From NCBI RefSeq assembly GCF_000009705.1, contig NC_003272.1, positions 3,240,001-3,272,000 of the forward strand: a stretch of DNA of 32,000 bases, given 5' to 3'. A program made the translations under genes and the position numbers. Each line of letters opens with the position of its first letter. Positions within the stretch are counted from its first letter, which is position 1. Under the pieces are notes generated by a model that was not told where the DNA came from, searched no databases, and saw only the letters and a list, made by a program, of their open reading frames with translations. Positions 8,265 through 18,300 of the stretch are shown piece after piece. This DNA is from Nostoc sp. PCC 7120 = FACHB-418. Its GTDB lineage: Bacteria; Cyanobacteriota; Cyanobacteriia; Cyanobacteriales; Nostocaceae.

Positions 8265-8681
8265 TGCAAAATCAAGTGGACAGTTTGGTGGGATGTAATG
8301 TTTGCAATAGTAATTACTGTTGCAAATTGCTTGATCAAGTTGATAACATTCAATAAGAATTACGGCTCAATTTAGAGCTATTGCAATCAAATTATTGAGA
8401 AATTTTATTAAAAATAATATACCTTAGATTACAGAGGTTAGATTGTAAAAAAATTATGTTTTTATCTATAACAAAATTAAGCAGCTTAAATATAGCCACT
8501 CTAGCTGCTAGTAAAATCATCAACAATCAGGTATACTAACCTTCAGTGAAATCTTGATCAATCAGGTATTGGTGATTGAGTCCACACCCAAATGTAACTG
8601 CCAAGAAGCGCAGTTAAAAAGTGCAAATTTTTCACAAACCCTTCTAGCTAATTTCATTCCCCCAAGGCGAATTGGTGCATA
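8265..8681. promoter_or_regulatory. AT-rich divergent intergenic region between the exporter genes and the PKS genes; presumed bidirectional promoter region
   Basis: 417 bp between two divergent start codons (8264 minus, 8682 plus). It is strongly AT-rich at 8340-8520. It contains an 11-bp perfect direct repeat CAATCAGGTAT at 8524-8534 and 8559-8569. I could not identify confident -35/-10 boxes or an NtcA GTAN8TAC site by eye. Confidence 0.4.
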
Positions 8682-11600
8682 ATGATTAACCGCCAACGAC
8701 AAATATTGTCATTAACTCCACACCATGCAGCGACACTTGTGGATGTCTTACGCGCATGGACGCAGCAAAAAGGTGATGCGGTTGGTTTTGCTTTTTGGCA
8801 AGATGACAAACAGGTACATCTTACATACACGGAGTTAGACCACAAAGCGCGAGCCATTGCAGTGCATTTACAAGCTATGCGCTGGCAGGGAGAACGTGTA
8901 TTATTAATGTATCCGCCAGGGTTGGAATTGATTGCAGCTCTTATGGGTTGCTTTTATGCGGGTTTGGTGGCAGTTCCTGTATATCCTCCGCGTCCCAATA
9001 ATAACATAACGAGGTTGTTGTCAATTGGTGAAGATGCCCAAGCTAAGGGAATTTTGACGAAAGTATCCTTAGAAAATTCTTTAAAACAAGTATCTAAAAA
9101 TACTGCTTTTGAGGCTTTGCCGAAAGTTGCTACAGATAGCATCATTTTATCTGTCGGTGAAGCTTGGCAGAATCCTCAACTGACAGCCGATAGTCTGGCT
9201 TTACTACAATATACTTCTGGTTCGACCGGCACACCAAAGGGCGTGATGCTGAGTCATGGTAATTTGCTGCATAACTTAGGGCAAATTTATCAACGTTTTG
9301 GACATTCTGCTAATACTCACGTTGTCAGTTGGTTGCCACCTTATCATGACATGGGTTTGATTGGCGGAATTTTGCAGCCTTTATATGGAGGTTTTCCCGT
9401 CACTTTGATGTCTCCTGTAGCTTTTCTACAAAAACCCCTGCGTTGGTTACAAGCAATTTCTCAAACTCAAGCTACCACAAGCGGCGCACCCAATTTCGCC
9501 TATGAAATGTGTGTCCGCAATATCCGTCTTGATGAATGTCTTGATTTAGATTTGAGTAGTTGGGAGTTGGCGTTTACAGGTGCAGAACCAATTCGCCAGG
9601 AGACACTAGAAAGATTTGCTACTACTTTTAAAACTTATGGTTTTCGTCGAGAAGCGTTTTATCCTTGCTATGGTTTAGCTGAGGCGACTTTGTTTGTCAC
9701 TGGTAAAAATAAGGATGAAATAGTATTTAATCATACTTCTCAATCCTTGGTTAGTTGTGGTTCTCCCAGTGATGACCAGACTATAATTATAGTTAATCCT
9801 GAATCTAGAGAACCCTGTGCAGCCGGGGAAGAAGGGGAAATTTGGCTCAAAGGTGCAAGTGTCGCCCAAGGTTATTGGCAAAATCCCCAAGAAACAAAAG
9901 CAACTTTTCAAGGGGCTTTGGCTTCGGGAACTGGCGGGTTTTTACGCACGGGTGACTTGGGGTATTTAAACTCAGGCGAATTATTTGTCACCGGCAGGAT
10001 AAAAGATGTGATGATAATTCGGGGACAAAATTACTATCCTCACGATATTGAGGCGGCTGTTTCCCAGTGTCATCCGGCTTTGAGTGCCTATTGGGGTGCG
10101 GCGTTTAGTGTGGAAGTAGACGGGGAAGAACGGTTGGTGGTGGTGCAGGAGGTTGAACGTAGTAGTTGGCGTAGGCTTGATGAGGATGGGATTATTGCGG
10201 CGATTCGTGGTGCTGTTTCCTGTGAGTTTGGTTTGCAGGTGTATGGGATTTGTTTGTTGAAGCCTGGGAGTATTCCTAAGACTTCTAGTGGGAAGGTGCA
10301 GCGTTTTGCTTGTCGGGAGGGGTTTGTTTGTGGGGGGTTGGATGTGGTGTTTGGGTGGGAATTAGCTCACGCAGAGGCGCAGAGGCGCAGAGAGGAGAGG
10401 GGAGAAGAGAAAGAAAAGATAGTAGATGGGTTGATTGGGTGGTTACGGGATTATGCTAACCATCATATTAATTCGCGGTTGATGGATGAACGGCGTTGTA
10501 TTTCGCCTCATGTGGTTTTGGATTTTGGGAATAAGGGTTTGTTGGGGATGCAAGTCCCTTCCTGTTATGGTGGGTTGGGTTTGGGATATACGGACACCAT
10601 CAGGATTATACAACAGCTTGGGGCGATTGATCCGACTTTGGCTTTGTTTGTGGGGTTGAATAATGTTTTGGGGGTGCGTCCTATATTAATGTATGGGACG
10701 GATGCTTTAAAGGCGGAACTTTTACCGATTTTGGCGACGGGGCGGGAATTGGCAGCTTTTGCACTGACGGAAACGGGTGCTGGGGCGAATCCGCAAGCTA
10801 TACAGTCGCAAGCGATTAGTGATGGTGATGGTTGGTTGTTGCGGGGGGAAAAGATTTGGAGTGGTTCGGCGGCTTGGGCTGGTGTGATTAATGTGTTTGT
10901 CAAACATCAGCAGGGTATTAGCGGTTTTGTGGTGCGTCGCGGTAGTCCTGGTTTGCGTCAAGGTGCGGAAGCGTTGACGATGGGAATGCGGGGAATGGTA
11001 CAGAATACGGTTTATTTGGAAGATATTCCGGTGACATCCGCGCAAGTTTTGGGTGAAGTCGGGAAGGGGATGAATGTCGCTCAAGATGCCATGATGTATG
11101 GGAGATTAGCGATCGCATCTGCTTGTGTCGGTGGGATGCAACGCTGTGTACAATTAATGTGGCGTTATAGTCAACGGCGACAAATCGCTACAGGGAAGTT
11201 ACTCGACCATCCCATAGTTTTACATCGTCTGCAAGAATTGACTTGTGCGATTACTGTTGTCCAGAGTTTGGTGATGCGGGTAGGAAAATTACTCGACGCT
11301 GGTGAAACTGTGCCGGCGGAAGTATATGCAGCTTGTAAAATTTCTGCACCGGAATTTTATTGGCAAGCAGCAGATTTATTGGTACAAACTTTAGGGGGAC
11401 GAGGATATATAGAAAGTAATATTGCACCGCAAATTCTCAGAGATGCGCGAGTTTTGCGGATATTTGAAGGGCCGACAGAAACTTTGTGTGGGTTTTTGGG
11501 TGCGCGTGTGTTGAAACAGGGTGAGACATTGCAAAATTTCCTCTGTCAAACTTTGGGTGCGGTGGAAGTCGGTACGAGGTTAAGGGATGCTGTTGATAAA

Positions 11601-12302
11601 ATTAGAGGACGCTGTTTTGATGGTGCTAATATTACAGTGCAGCGTTGGGTTTATCATCAAGTCGGTAAACTCGCAACTGAAGCGATATTATGGGCAGTAT
11701 TAGATGATAAATCTGCAATAAATTGGGTAAAACATCGCTTTGATGAACAACTGCAAGAAATCTTGAGTTTTAACACCGATAACTTACTATTTCTCAATGG
11801 TCAAAGTTTAGTTCATCACCTCAACGAATACACAAAAACCATCGGTGACATTGAACAAAATCTGGCTGGGGAAGCGCAAGAGTTAGATGAGTTACTGCGT
11901 CAGTCAGGGGAGAATCCCCAGTTTATTCCCACAACAGCAGATTTACCCGCATCCTCAGAGATTCAAACCTGGTTAAAAACTTGGATATCTCAAAAATTAC
12001 GCCAGCCAATTTCTACTATAGATGTAAATAGAGCCTTCGCCGAATACGGTATGGATTCCGTCACAGCGATAGAACTAACCCAAGATTTACAAGAATGGTT
12101 GAAGATTTCCCAACCTTTAGATGCGACTATCGCTTGGAATTTCCCCACCATTAACGCCTTAGCTAACTACTTGGGGGAAGTTACCAAAGAAAATGCTGTA
12201 CCTTCAGATAACAACTTGGATGACTTATCTACTACAGATATAGCACAACTCTTAAGCCAAGAAATTGCGATCGCTCGTCACCGTAAACCTCAAATGAAAT
12301 GA
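8682..12302 (+). CDS. Tri-domain loading protein: fatty acyl-AMP ligase (FAAL), acyl-CoA-dehydrogenase-like domain, and acyl carrier protein
   Basis: 1206-aa ORF. FAAL motifs: YTSGSTGTPKGVMLSHGNL, FLRTGDLGY, PKTSSGKVQR (aa 1-~560). ACAD-like region at aa ~580-960 (FALTETGAGANPQAIQS, WSGSAAWAG, RIFEGPTETL with the expected catalytic Glu context). ACP motif EYGMDSVTAIEL with the Ser codon at 12057-12059. C-terminal docking-like tail DIAQLLSQEIAIARHRK. Confidence 0.9.
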   Translation: MINRQRQILSLTPHHAATLVDVLRAWTQQKGDAVGFAFWQDDKQVHLTYTELDHKARAIAVHLQAMRWQGERVLLMYPPGLELIAALMGCFYAGLVAVPVYPPRPNNNITRLLSIGEDAQAKGILTKVSLENSLKQVSKNTAFEALPKVATDSIILSVGEAWQNPQLTADSLALLQYTSGSTGTPKGVMLSHGNLLHNLGQIYQRFGHSANTHVVSWLPPYHDMGLIGGILQPLYGGFPVTLMSPVAFLQKPLRWLQAISQTQATTSGAPNFAYEMCVRNIRLDECLDLDLSSWELAFTGAEPIRQETLERFATTFKTYGFRREAFYPCYGLAEATLFVTGKNKDEIVFNHTSQSLVSCGSPSDDQTIIIVNPESREPCAAGEEGEIWLKGASVAQGYWQNPQETKATFQGALASGTGGFLRTGDLGYLNSGELFVTGRIKDVMIIRGQNYYPHDIEAAVSQCHPALSAYWGAAFSVEVDGEERLVVVQEVERSSWRRLDEDGIIAAIRGAVSCEFGLQVYGICLLKPGSIPKTSSGKVQRFACREGFVCGGLDVVFGWELAHAEAQRRREERGEEKEKIVDGLIGWLRDYANHHINSRLMDERRCISPHVVLDFGNKGLLGMQVPSCYGGLGLGYTDTIRIIQQLGAIDPTLALFVGLNNVLGVRPILMYGTDALKAELLPILATGRELAAFALTETGAGANPQAIQSQAISDGDGWLLRGEKIWSGSAAWAGVINVFVKHQQGISGFVVRRGSPGLRQGAEALTMGMRGMVQNTVYLEDIPVTSAQVLGEVGKGMNVAQDAMMYGRLAIASACVGGMQRCVQLMWRYSQRRQIATGKLLDHPIVLHRLQELTCAITVVQSLVMRVGKLLDAGETVPAEVYAACKISAPEFYWQAADLLVQTLGGRGYIESNIAPQILRDARVLRIFEGPTETLCGFLGARVLKQGETLQNFLCQTLGAVEVGTRLRDAVDKIRGRCFDGANITVQRWVYHQVGKLATEAILWAVLDDKSAINWVKHRFDEQLQEILSFNTDNLLFLNGQSLVHHLNEYTKTIGDIEQNLAGEAQELDELLRQSGENPQFIPTTADLPASSEIQTWLKTWISQKLRQPISTIDVNRAFAEYGMDSVTAIELTQDLQEWLKISQPLDATIAWNFPTINALANYLGEVTKENAVPSDNNLDDLSTTDIAQLLSQEIAIARHRKPQMK
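10367..10394 (-). repeat. In-frame copy of the CTCTGCG-family small dispersed repeat, reverse orientation, at the FAAL/ACAD junction
   Basis: TCACGCAGAGGCGCAGAGGCGCAGAGAG is the reverse complement of CTCTCTGCGCCTCTGCGCCTCTGCGTGA. It is translated as HAEAQRRRE within the linker [28 protein letters not shown]. Confidence 0.75.
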
Positions 12303-12305
12303 TCA

Positions 12306-12390
12306 CGCCCAGACGCAGAGGCGCAGAGAGTGAGAGTTACAACAGACTCCGCGCCCCTTTGCGTTTACCTCCGCGCCCCTTTGCGTTTAA
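12306..12390. repeat. Composite small dispersed repeat filling the loading-gene/PKS1 intergenic spacer
   Basis: Left arm AGACGCAGAGGCGCAGAGAG (12311-12330). Right arm CTCCGCGCCCCTTTGCGTTTACCTCCGCGCCCCTTTGCGTTT (12347-12388). The right arm is nearly identical to 19829-19871. Confidence 0.75.
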
Positions 12391-12398
12391 AAAATCCT

Positions 12399-15300
12399 AT
12401 GACTAACTCACCCAACTACCAAACATTGCTCAAAGACGCACTCGTAGAAATGCGACAACTACGAGCCGAAATCACAGCCTTGGAAGCACAACAAACTGAA
12501 CCCATCGCTATTATTGGCATGGCTTGTAGATTTCCTGGTGGTGCAAATAACCCGGAAGCTTTTTGGCAATTGTTACGGGATGGTGTGAATGCAGTCGGCG
12601 AAATTCCCGACGCACGTTGGGATATAGAGAAATACTACGATGCAAACCCCGACACCCCAGGGAAAATGTACACTCGCTACGGGCATTTTCTGGACAAAGT
12701 AGACGAGTTTGACGCTCAATTTTTCGGCATTTCTCCCCGCGAAGCCCAAAGTCTCGACCCCCAACAACGTCTATTATTAGAGGTGAGCTATGAAGCTTTA
12801 GAACGTGCTGGACAATCTCCCGCAAAAATCAAAGGTAGTCAGACATCTATATATATAGGACTATGTTTTGATGACTACGCCAAACATAGTCTTTCTCATC
12901 CTACACAAATTGATGCTTTTAGCAGTTTAGGTAACACTCGCAGCATCGCCGCCGGACGTATCGCCTATGTGTTGGGGTTACAAGGAACAGTAATGCAACT
13001 AGATACAACCTGTTCTTCCTCCTTGCTGGGGGTACATTTAGCCTGTCAAAGTTTGCGGAATGGTGAGTCTGACATGGCTTTGGCGGGAGGAGTCAACTTA
13101 ATTTTATCCCCAGAACCGATGATTGGCTTTTGTAAGTTGAAAGCCTTAGCAGTTGATGGACGTTGTAAAACCTTAGATGCGGCGGCGGATGGTTACGGAC
13201 GAGGTGAAGGTTGTGGCATTGTTGTCTTGAAAAAATTGCGAGATGCGATCGCAAACCGTGACCCGATCTTAGCAGTGATTCGCGGTTCGGCAGTTAATCA
13301 CGACGGTAGCAGCAACGGTTTAACAGCCCCCAACGGTACAGCCCAAGAAGCCGTAATTCACCAAGCTTTACAAAATGCTCAAGTCGAACCACACCAAATC
13401 CAATATAGTGAATTGCATGGCACAGGTACAGTTCTCGGCGACCCCATCGAAGTTTTAGCACTAGCTAAGGTGCTAGGTGAAGGTAGAAGTAAAAATCAAC
13501 CCTTATCTATTGGTTCGGTGAAAACCAACATCGGACATTTAGAAGGTGCAGCCGGTGTAGCGGGGTTAATGAAAGTCATCTTGGCACTGCAACACCAACA
13601 AATTCCAGCCCATGTCAACTTTCAACAACCAAACCCCTACATTCCCTGGCAGAAATTACCCCTCACCGTCCCTACTCAATTAACTCCTTGGCAGAGTGCA
13701 AACAGTCAACGCCTCGCCGGTGTGAGTTCCTTTGGGATGAGTGGGACGAATGTACATTTAATCTTAGAAGAATTTACCCCTGTACCAAATTCCCAACAAG
13801 ACACAGGATATCAACTACTAACCATATCCGCCAAAACACCCCAGGCATTGCGGGAACTTGTAGGGGAATACATTAAATACTTTGCTTCACAGCCGGAAGA
13901 TAACTTAGATGATATTTGCTTTACTTCTAACGTCGGGCGATCGCACTTCCCTTACCGCCTAACGATACCCGCCAATTCTTATAATTCAGTTTATGAGCAA
14001 TTATCTAATTACCTGAACAATACCGCAAAAACATTTGATAGTCAACTAATCCCCCCAAATACTCTCAAAATCGCCTTTCTCTTCACCGGACAAGGTAGCC
14101 AATACCTTAACATGGCGAGGGAACTTTACGACACCCACCCCTATTTCCGCCAACAAGTTGATAAATGTTGTGAATTATTGCATCCTTACTTAGATGTAGA
14201 TTTACGTGAGATTTTATTCACACCAGAAACGCCAAATAGTAGTAATTACGAATTACGAATTACAAATTACGAATTATCCCATACCATCTACACTCAACCC
14301 GCCTTATTCGTCATCGAATACGCCTTAACTCAACTGTGGCGACATTGGGGAGTTACACCTGACTTTCTTATAGGACATAGTTTAGGGGAATATGTCGCCG
14401 CTTGTATTGCTGGTGTCTTCACCTTACCAGACGCACTCAAACTAATTGCTCACCGCGCTCGGTTGATGCAACAATTGCCTGAGAATGGCAAAATGTTAGC
14501 TGTGAGTGCATCAGCCACAGAAATCGCCGAATATATTCAAGCATATTCTGAAAACGTGGGTATTGCTGCCATCAATTCCCCAGAGAATACAGTAATTTCC
14601 GGCGAACAAACAGCCATTGCACAACTAGCAGAAATTTTGCAAAATCAGGGAATCAAAACTACACCCTTATCAGTTTCCCATGCTTTCCATTCTCCCTTAA
14701 TGGAGACAATGGTAGAAGAATTTAGACAAGTCGCCGAGAGTATCACCTTTCATCCACCCAAAACACCGATAATTTCTAACATCACAGGTACAGTTATTGG
14801 TGAAGAAATTGCGAACGCCGAGTATTGGTGTCATCATATTTTACAACCCGTACAATTTGCACTAGGGATAGAAACATTAGCCAAAGACAACTGCAAAATC
14901 TTTCTCGAAATTGGAGTAAAACCCACCTTACTCAGTATAGGTAAAACCTGCTTCCCAGATGCAGAAAATTACTCCTGGCTACCCAGTTTACGTCCCCGAC
15001 AAAGTGACAGACAAACAATCTTATCTAGCCTCGCATCGTTATATATGCAAGGTATAGATATCAACTGGGAAAACTTCACCGACAACCAACCACATCAACG
15101 AGTAATTTTACCAACCTATTCATTTCAACGCCAGAGATTTTGGGTAGACAAACCTGAATTTACCCCACCCTATCCAACTCCTAACCTACATCCTTTACTG
15201 GGACAGAAATTAAAACTAGCAAAATCAGAAAAGATATATTACCAAAATAAAATTTCCCCAAAAAAACCAGACTTCCTACAGCAACATCAAGTCCAGAGTA

Positions 15301-18300
15301 ATAGTATCATGCCTGCTGCCGGCTATATAGAAATAGCAATAACAGCCGCCGAACAAATATTTCCATCCCACTCCTACAACCTACAAAACATTCAAATCAT
15401 CCAACCCTTACCCACCACCCAAGAAATCACCCTCCAACTAATCCTCACCCCCCTAGAAAAACAAACCTACCAATTTGAAATCCTCTCCCTTTGCGCCTTT
15501 GCGCCTTTGCGTGAGAAAGAAACCACCCACGCCACAGGAATCATCCAAACCTCCCCACCCCTTCCAAACTCCCCTCAACTCCCAACAACCTGCACCCAAA
15601 AAATTGACCCCACCACCTACTACCAAACCTGCCAAAAATTAGGAATAGAATACGGAAAATACTTCCAAGCAATTCAACAACTTTGGCGAGGAGAAAACCA
15701 AGCATTAGGCGAAATCAAACTATCACCAGAAATTGACACAACCCCTTATCAAATTCACCCGATAATCTTAGACGCTTGCTTACAAGTAACGGGAGCAATT
15801 TTCCTCGACTCCCAACCATTAACAGCGTACCTACCCATAGCTATCGAACAATTCCAATGGTATGGAGAAAAACACCAAACACACCTTTGGAGTTACGTTA
15901 AACTGCGAGAAAGATATATCGCTGATATTCAAATATTCAACGCTAATAATAAACTAATCGCCACTATCACCGGCTTAAAAATTCAGCCAGTCAAACAATT
16001 AAATAACTGGCAAGATTGGTTATATAGTATTGCATGGAAAGAAAACCCCTTAACTTACCATCACTTACTAACTCCCACTAAAGTTAGTAACTCATCAATA
16101 TTAAATCAGTCAGAATTAGATAATTATTTATCCCTATCATCCCAACTAGAAAAGCTGAGTATTGCTTGCATCTTACAGACATTGCAAGCGGGTGAAGAAT
16201 TGAGTATAGTAACCCAACATAAAAAACTATATCAGTATTTATTGCAAATTCTCCAAAATCAAGAACAAAGAGAAACACCCCTCAGCTTTACCCAATTGCG
16301 TCAAACCTATCCCAACGCCACATCCGAATTAAACTTACTCAAACGCTGCACCAGCCATTTAGCAGAAGTCTTGCAAGGAAAAATCGACCCACTACAATTA
16401 TTATTTCCCAATGGAGACTTCAGCGACTTAACGCACCTTTACCAAAATTCACCCATTGCCAAAATGATGAATACCTTGGTAAAACAAGCAATTACCACAG
16501 CCATAACCGACATCCCCCCAGAACAACCCCTGCGAATTTTGGAAATAGGCGCGGGAACTGGGGGAACTACCGCACATTTATTACCAGAACTCGCACAAAG
16601 AAACATTGAATATTTCTTTACCGACGTTTCACCCCTGTTCCTCAGCAAAGCACAGCAACAATTTGCAGATTATTCCTGTGTGCGATATCAATTATTTGAT
16701 GTCGAAAAACCTCCCACTACCCAAGGCTTCACAGAAAATAGCTTTGATATCATCATCGCCGCTAACGTACTCCACGCCACCGAAGATTTACGACAAACCA
16801 TAATACATATCAAGCAACTCTTGTCAAGAGGTGGGCTGCTTATTTTACTAGAAGGAGTACAGCCTGTATGGTGGTTAGACTTAATATTTGGGTTAACTGA
16901 AGGCTGGTGGCGTTTCCAAGACTATGATTTACGTCCCCATCATCCGCTAATTTCCAGTGAACAATGGCAGAAATTATTCACACAAGAGGGTTTTGACTCT
17001 ACAACCTTACTCGAAACCATAGGAAACCAAGCAGTAATTACCGCGCAAACTCCAAAATTACCAGATAACTGCGTAATTTTAGCGGATAAACAAGGCTTAG
17101 GAGAAAAACTCGCCACCCATCTACAAACCCAAGGAGTAACTTGTCATTTAATTTTTGCCGACTCCCAACCTCCCACCCTTCCCACACCAGCATCACACCT
17201 AATTAACCTCTGGGGTTTAGACGTACCCCACCCCGACGAATTAACCACCGCAGAATTAATCAAACAACAACAGATCCTCTGCGAAAGTTTGTTGTATTCG
17301 CTACAAAATAATATAAAATATCAGCAATTACCCCAATGGTGGCTAGTCACCCAGGGAGCAGTAAACACAGATCAGGACACTTCTATAAAAGGACTTGCAG
17401 CCACAACATTGTGGGGAATAAGCAAAGTAATACAACTAGAACATCCAGAAATCAACTGTCACTGTTTAGACCTAGACCCAAACCACACCCCCATAGAACA
17501 ACTAGATATTCTTTTAAAAGAACTCCTAACAAACTCCCCAGAAAAAGAAATCGCTTGGCGCACTAACATCCGATACACCCCAAGACTCTCTCAAAACTCT
17601 CTCTGCGTCTCTGCGCCTCTGCGTGAGAAAAATAATTCCTTAATGCAACGCCTAACCATCCCCCAAAGAGGAACACTAGAAAACCTAACCTTCCAAACAG
17701 TTAACCGTACTTCCCCAAACCCAGGAGAAATAGAAATCCGCATTCAAGCCACAGGCTTAAACTTCCGCGACATCTTAAACGCCTTAGACTTGTACCCAGG
17801 CGAACCCGGAATGCTAGGCTGTGAGTGCGTCGGCGAAATAGTAGCCATCGGTACAGATGTCAAACACCTGCAAATCGGACAAACAGTCATAGCCTTAGCC
17901 AGTGGTAGCTTTAGCCAGTATGTCACCATCAAAGCAGCGATGGCTTCGCCCGCCGCAGGCATCGCAATTCCCCTCCCCCAAAACTTAAATATCATCGATG
18001 GCGCAACCATACCAGCCGCCTTCCTCACCGCCTTTTACACCTTGCGCCATCTCGCCAAAATTCGCCCCGGTGACAAAGTTCTCATCCATGCTGCTGCGGG
18101 TGGTGTCGGACAAGCAGCCATTCAAATAGCTAAACTAGCAGGTGCAGAAATATTTGCAACCGCCAGTCCCCAGAAATGGGAAACCCTGCGAAACTTAGGC
18201 GTAACCAAAATTTTCAACTCACGCACTTTAGATTTTGCTGAGGAAATTCTCACCCAAACTCAAGGAGAAGGTGTAGATATCGTCCTCAATTCTCTCCGTG

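Noticed and set aside
8298-8539. Small ORFs in the divergent intergenic region, examined as possible secreted-peptide precursors for the ABC exporter: plus strand 8298-8375 (25 aa), plus strand 8456-8539 (27 aa, MFLSITKLSSLNIATLAASKIINNQVY), and minus strand 8389-8520 (43 aa).
   Set aside because: None has a double-glycine leader motif or a Cys/Gly-rich core. The region is AT-rich, so short ORFs are expected by chance, and no ribosome-binding context is evident.
8265-8681. A search for an NtcA site (GTAN8TAC) and canonical -35/-10 boxes in the divergent promoter region, and for TTGACA near 28568.
   Set aside because: No GTA-N8-TAC match was found by eye. The TTGACA at 28568-28573 lacks a properly spaced TAnnnT box.
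12330-12398. The ORF-track N-terminal extension of PKS1 from GTG 12330 ([23 protein letters not shown]), and the equivalent extension of PKS2 from TTG 19842 (MRLPPRPSAFKKH).
   Set aside because: Both extensions are read entirely from the dispersed repeat element and use non-ATG starts. Clean ATG codons at 12399 and 19881 begin homologous N-terminal docking helices in both paralogs.
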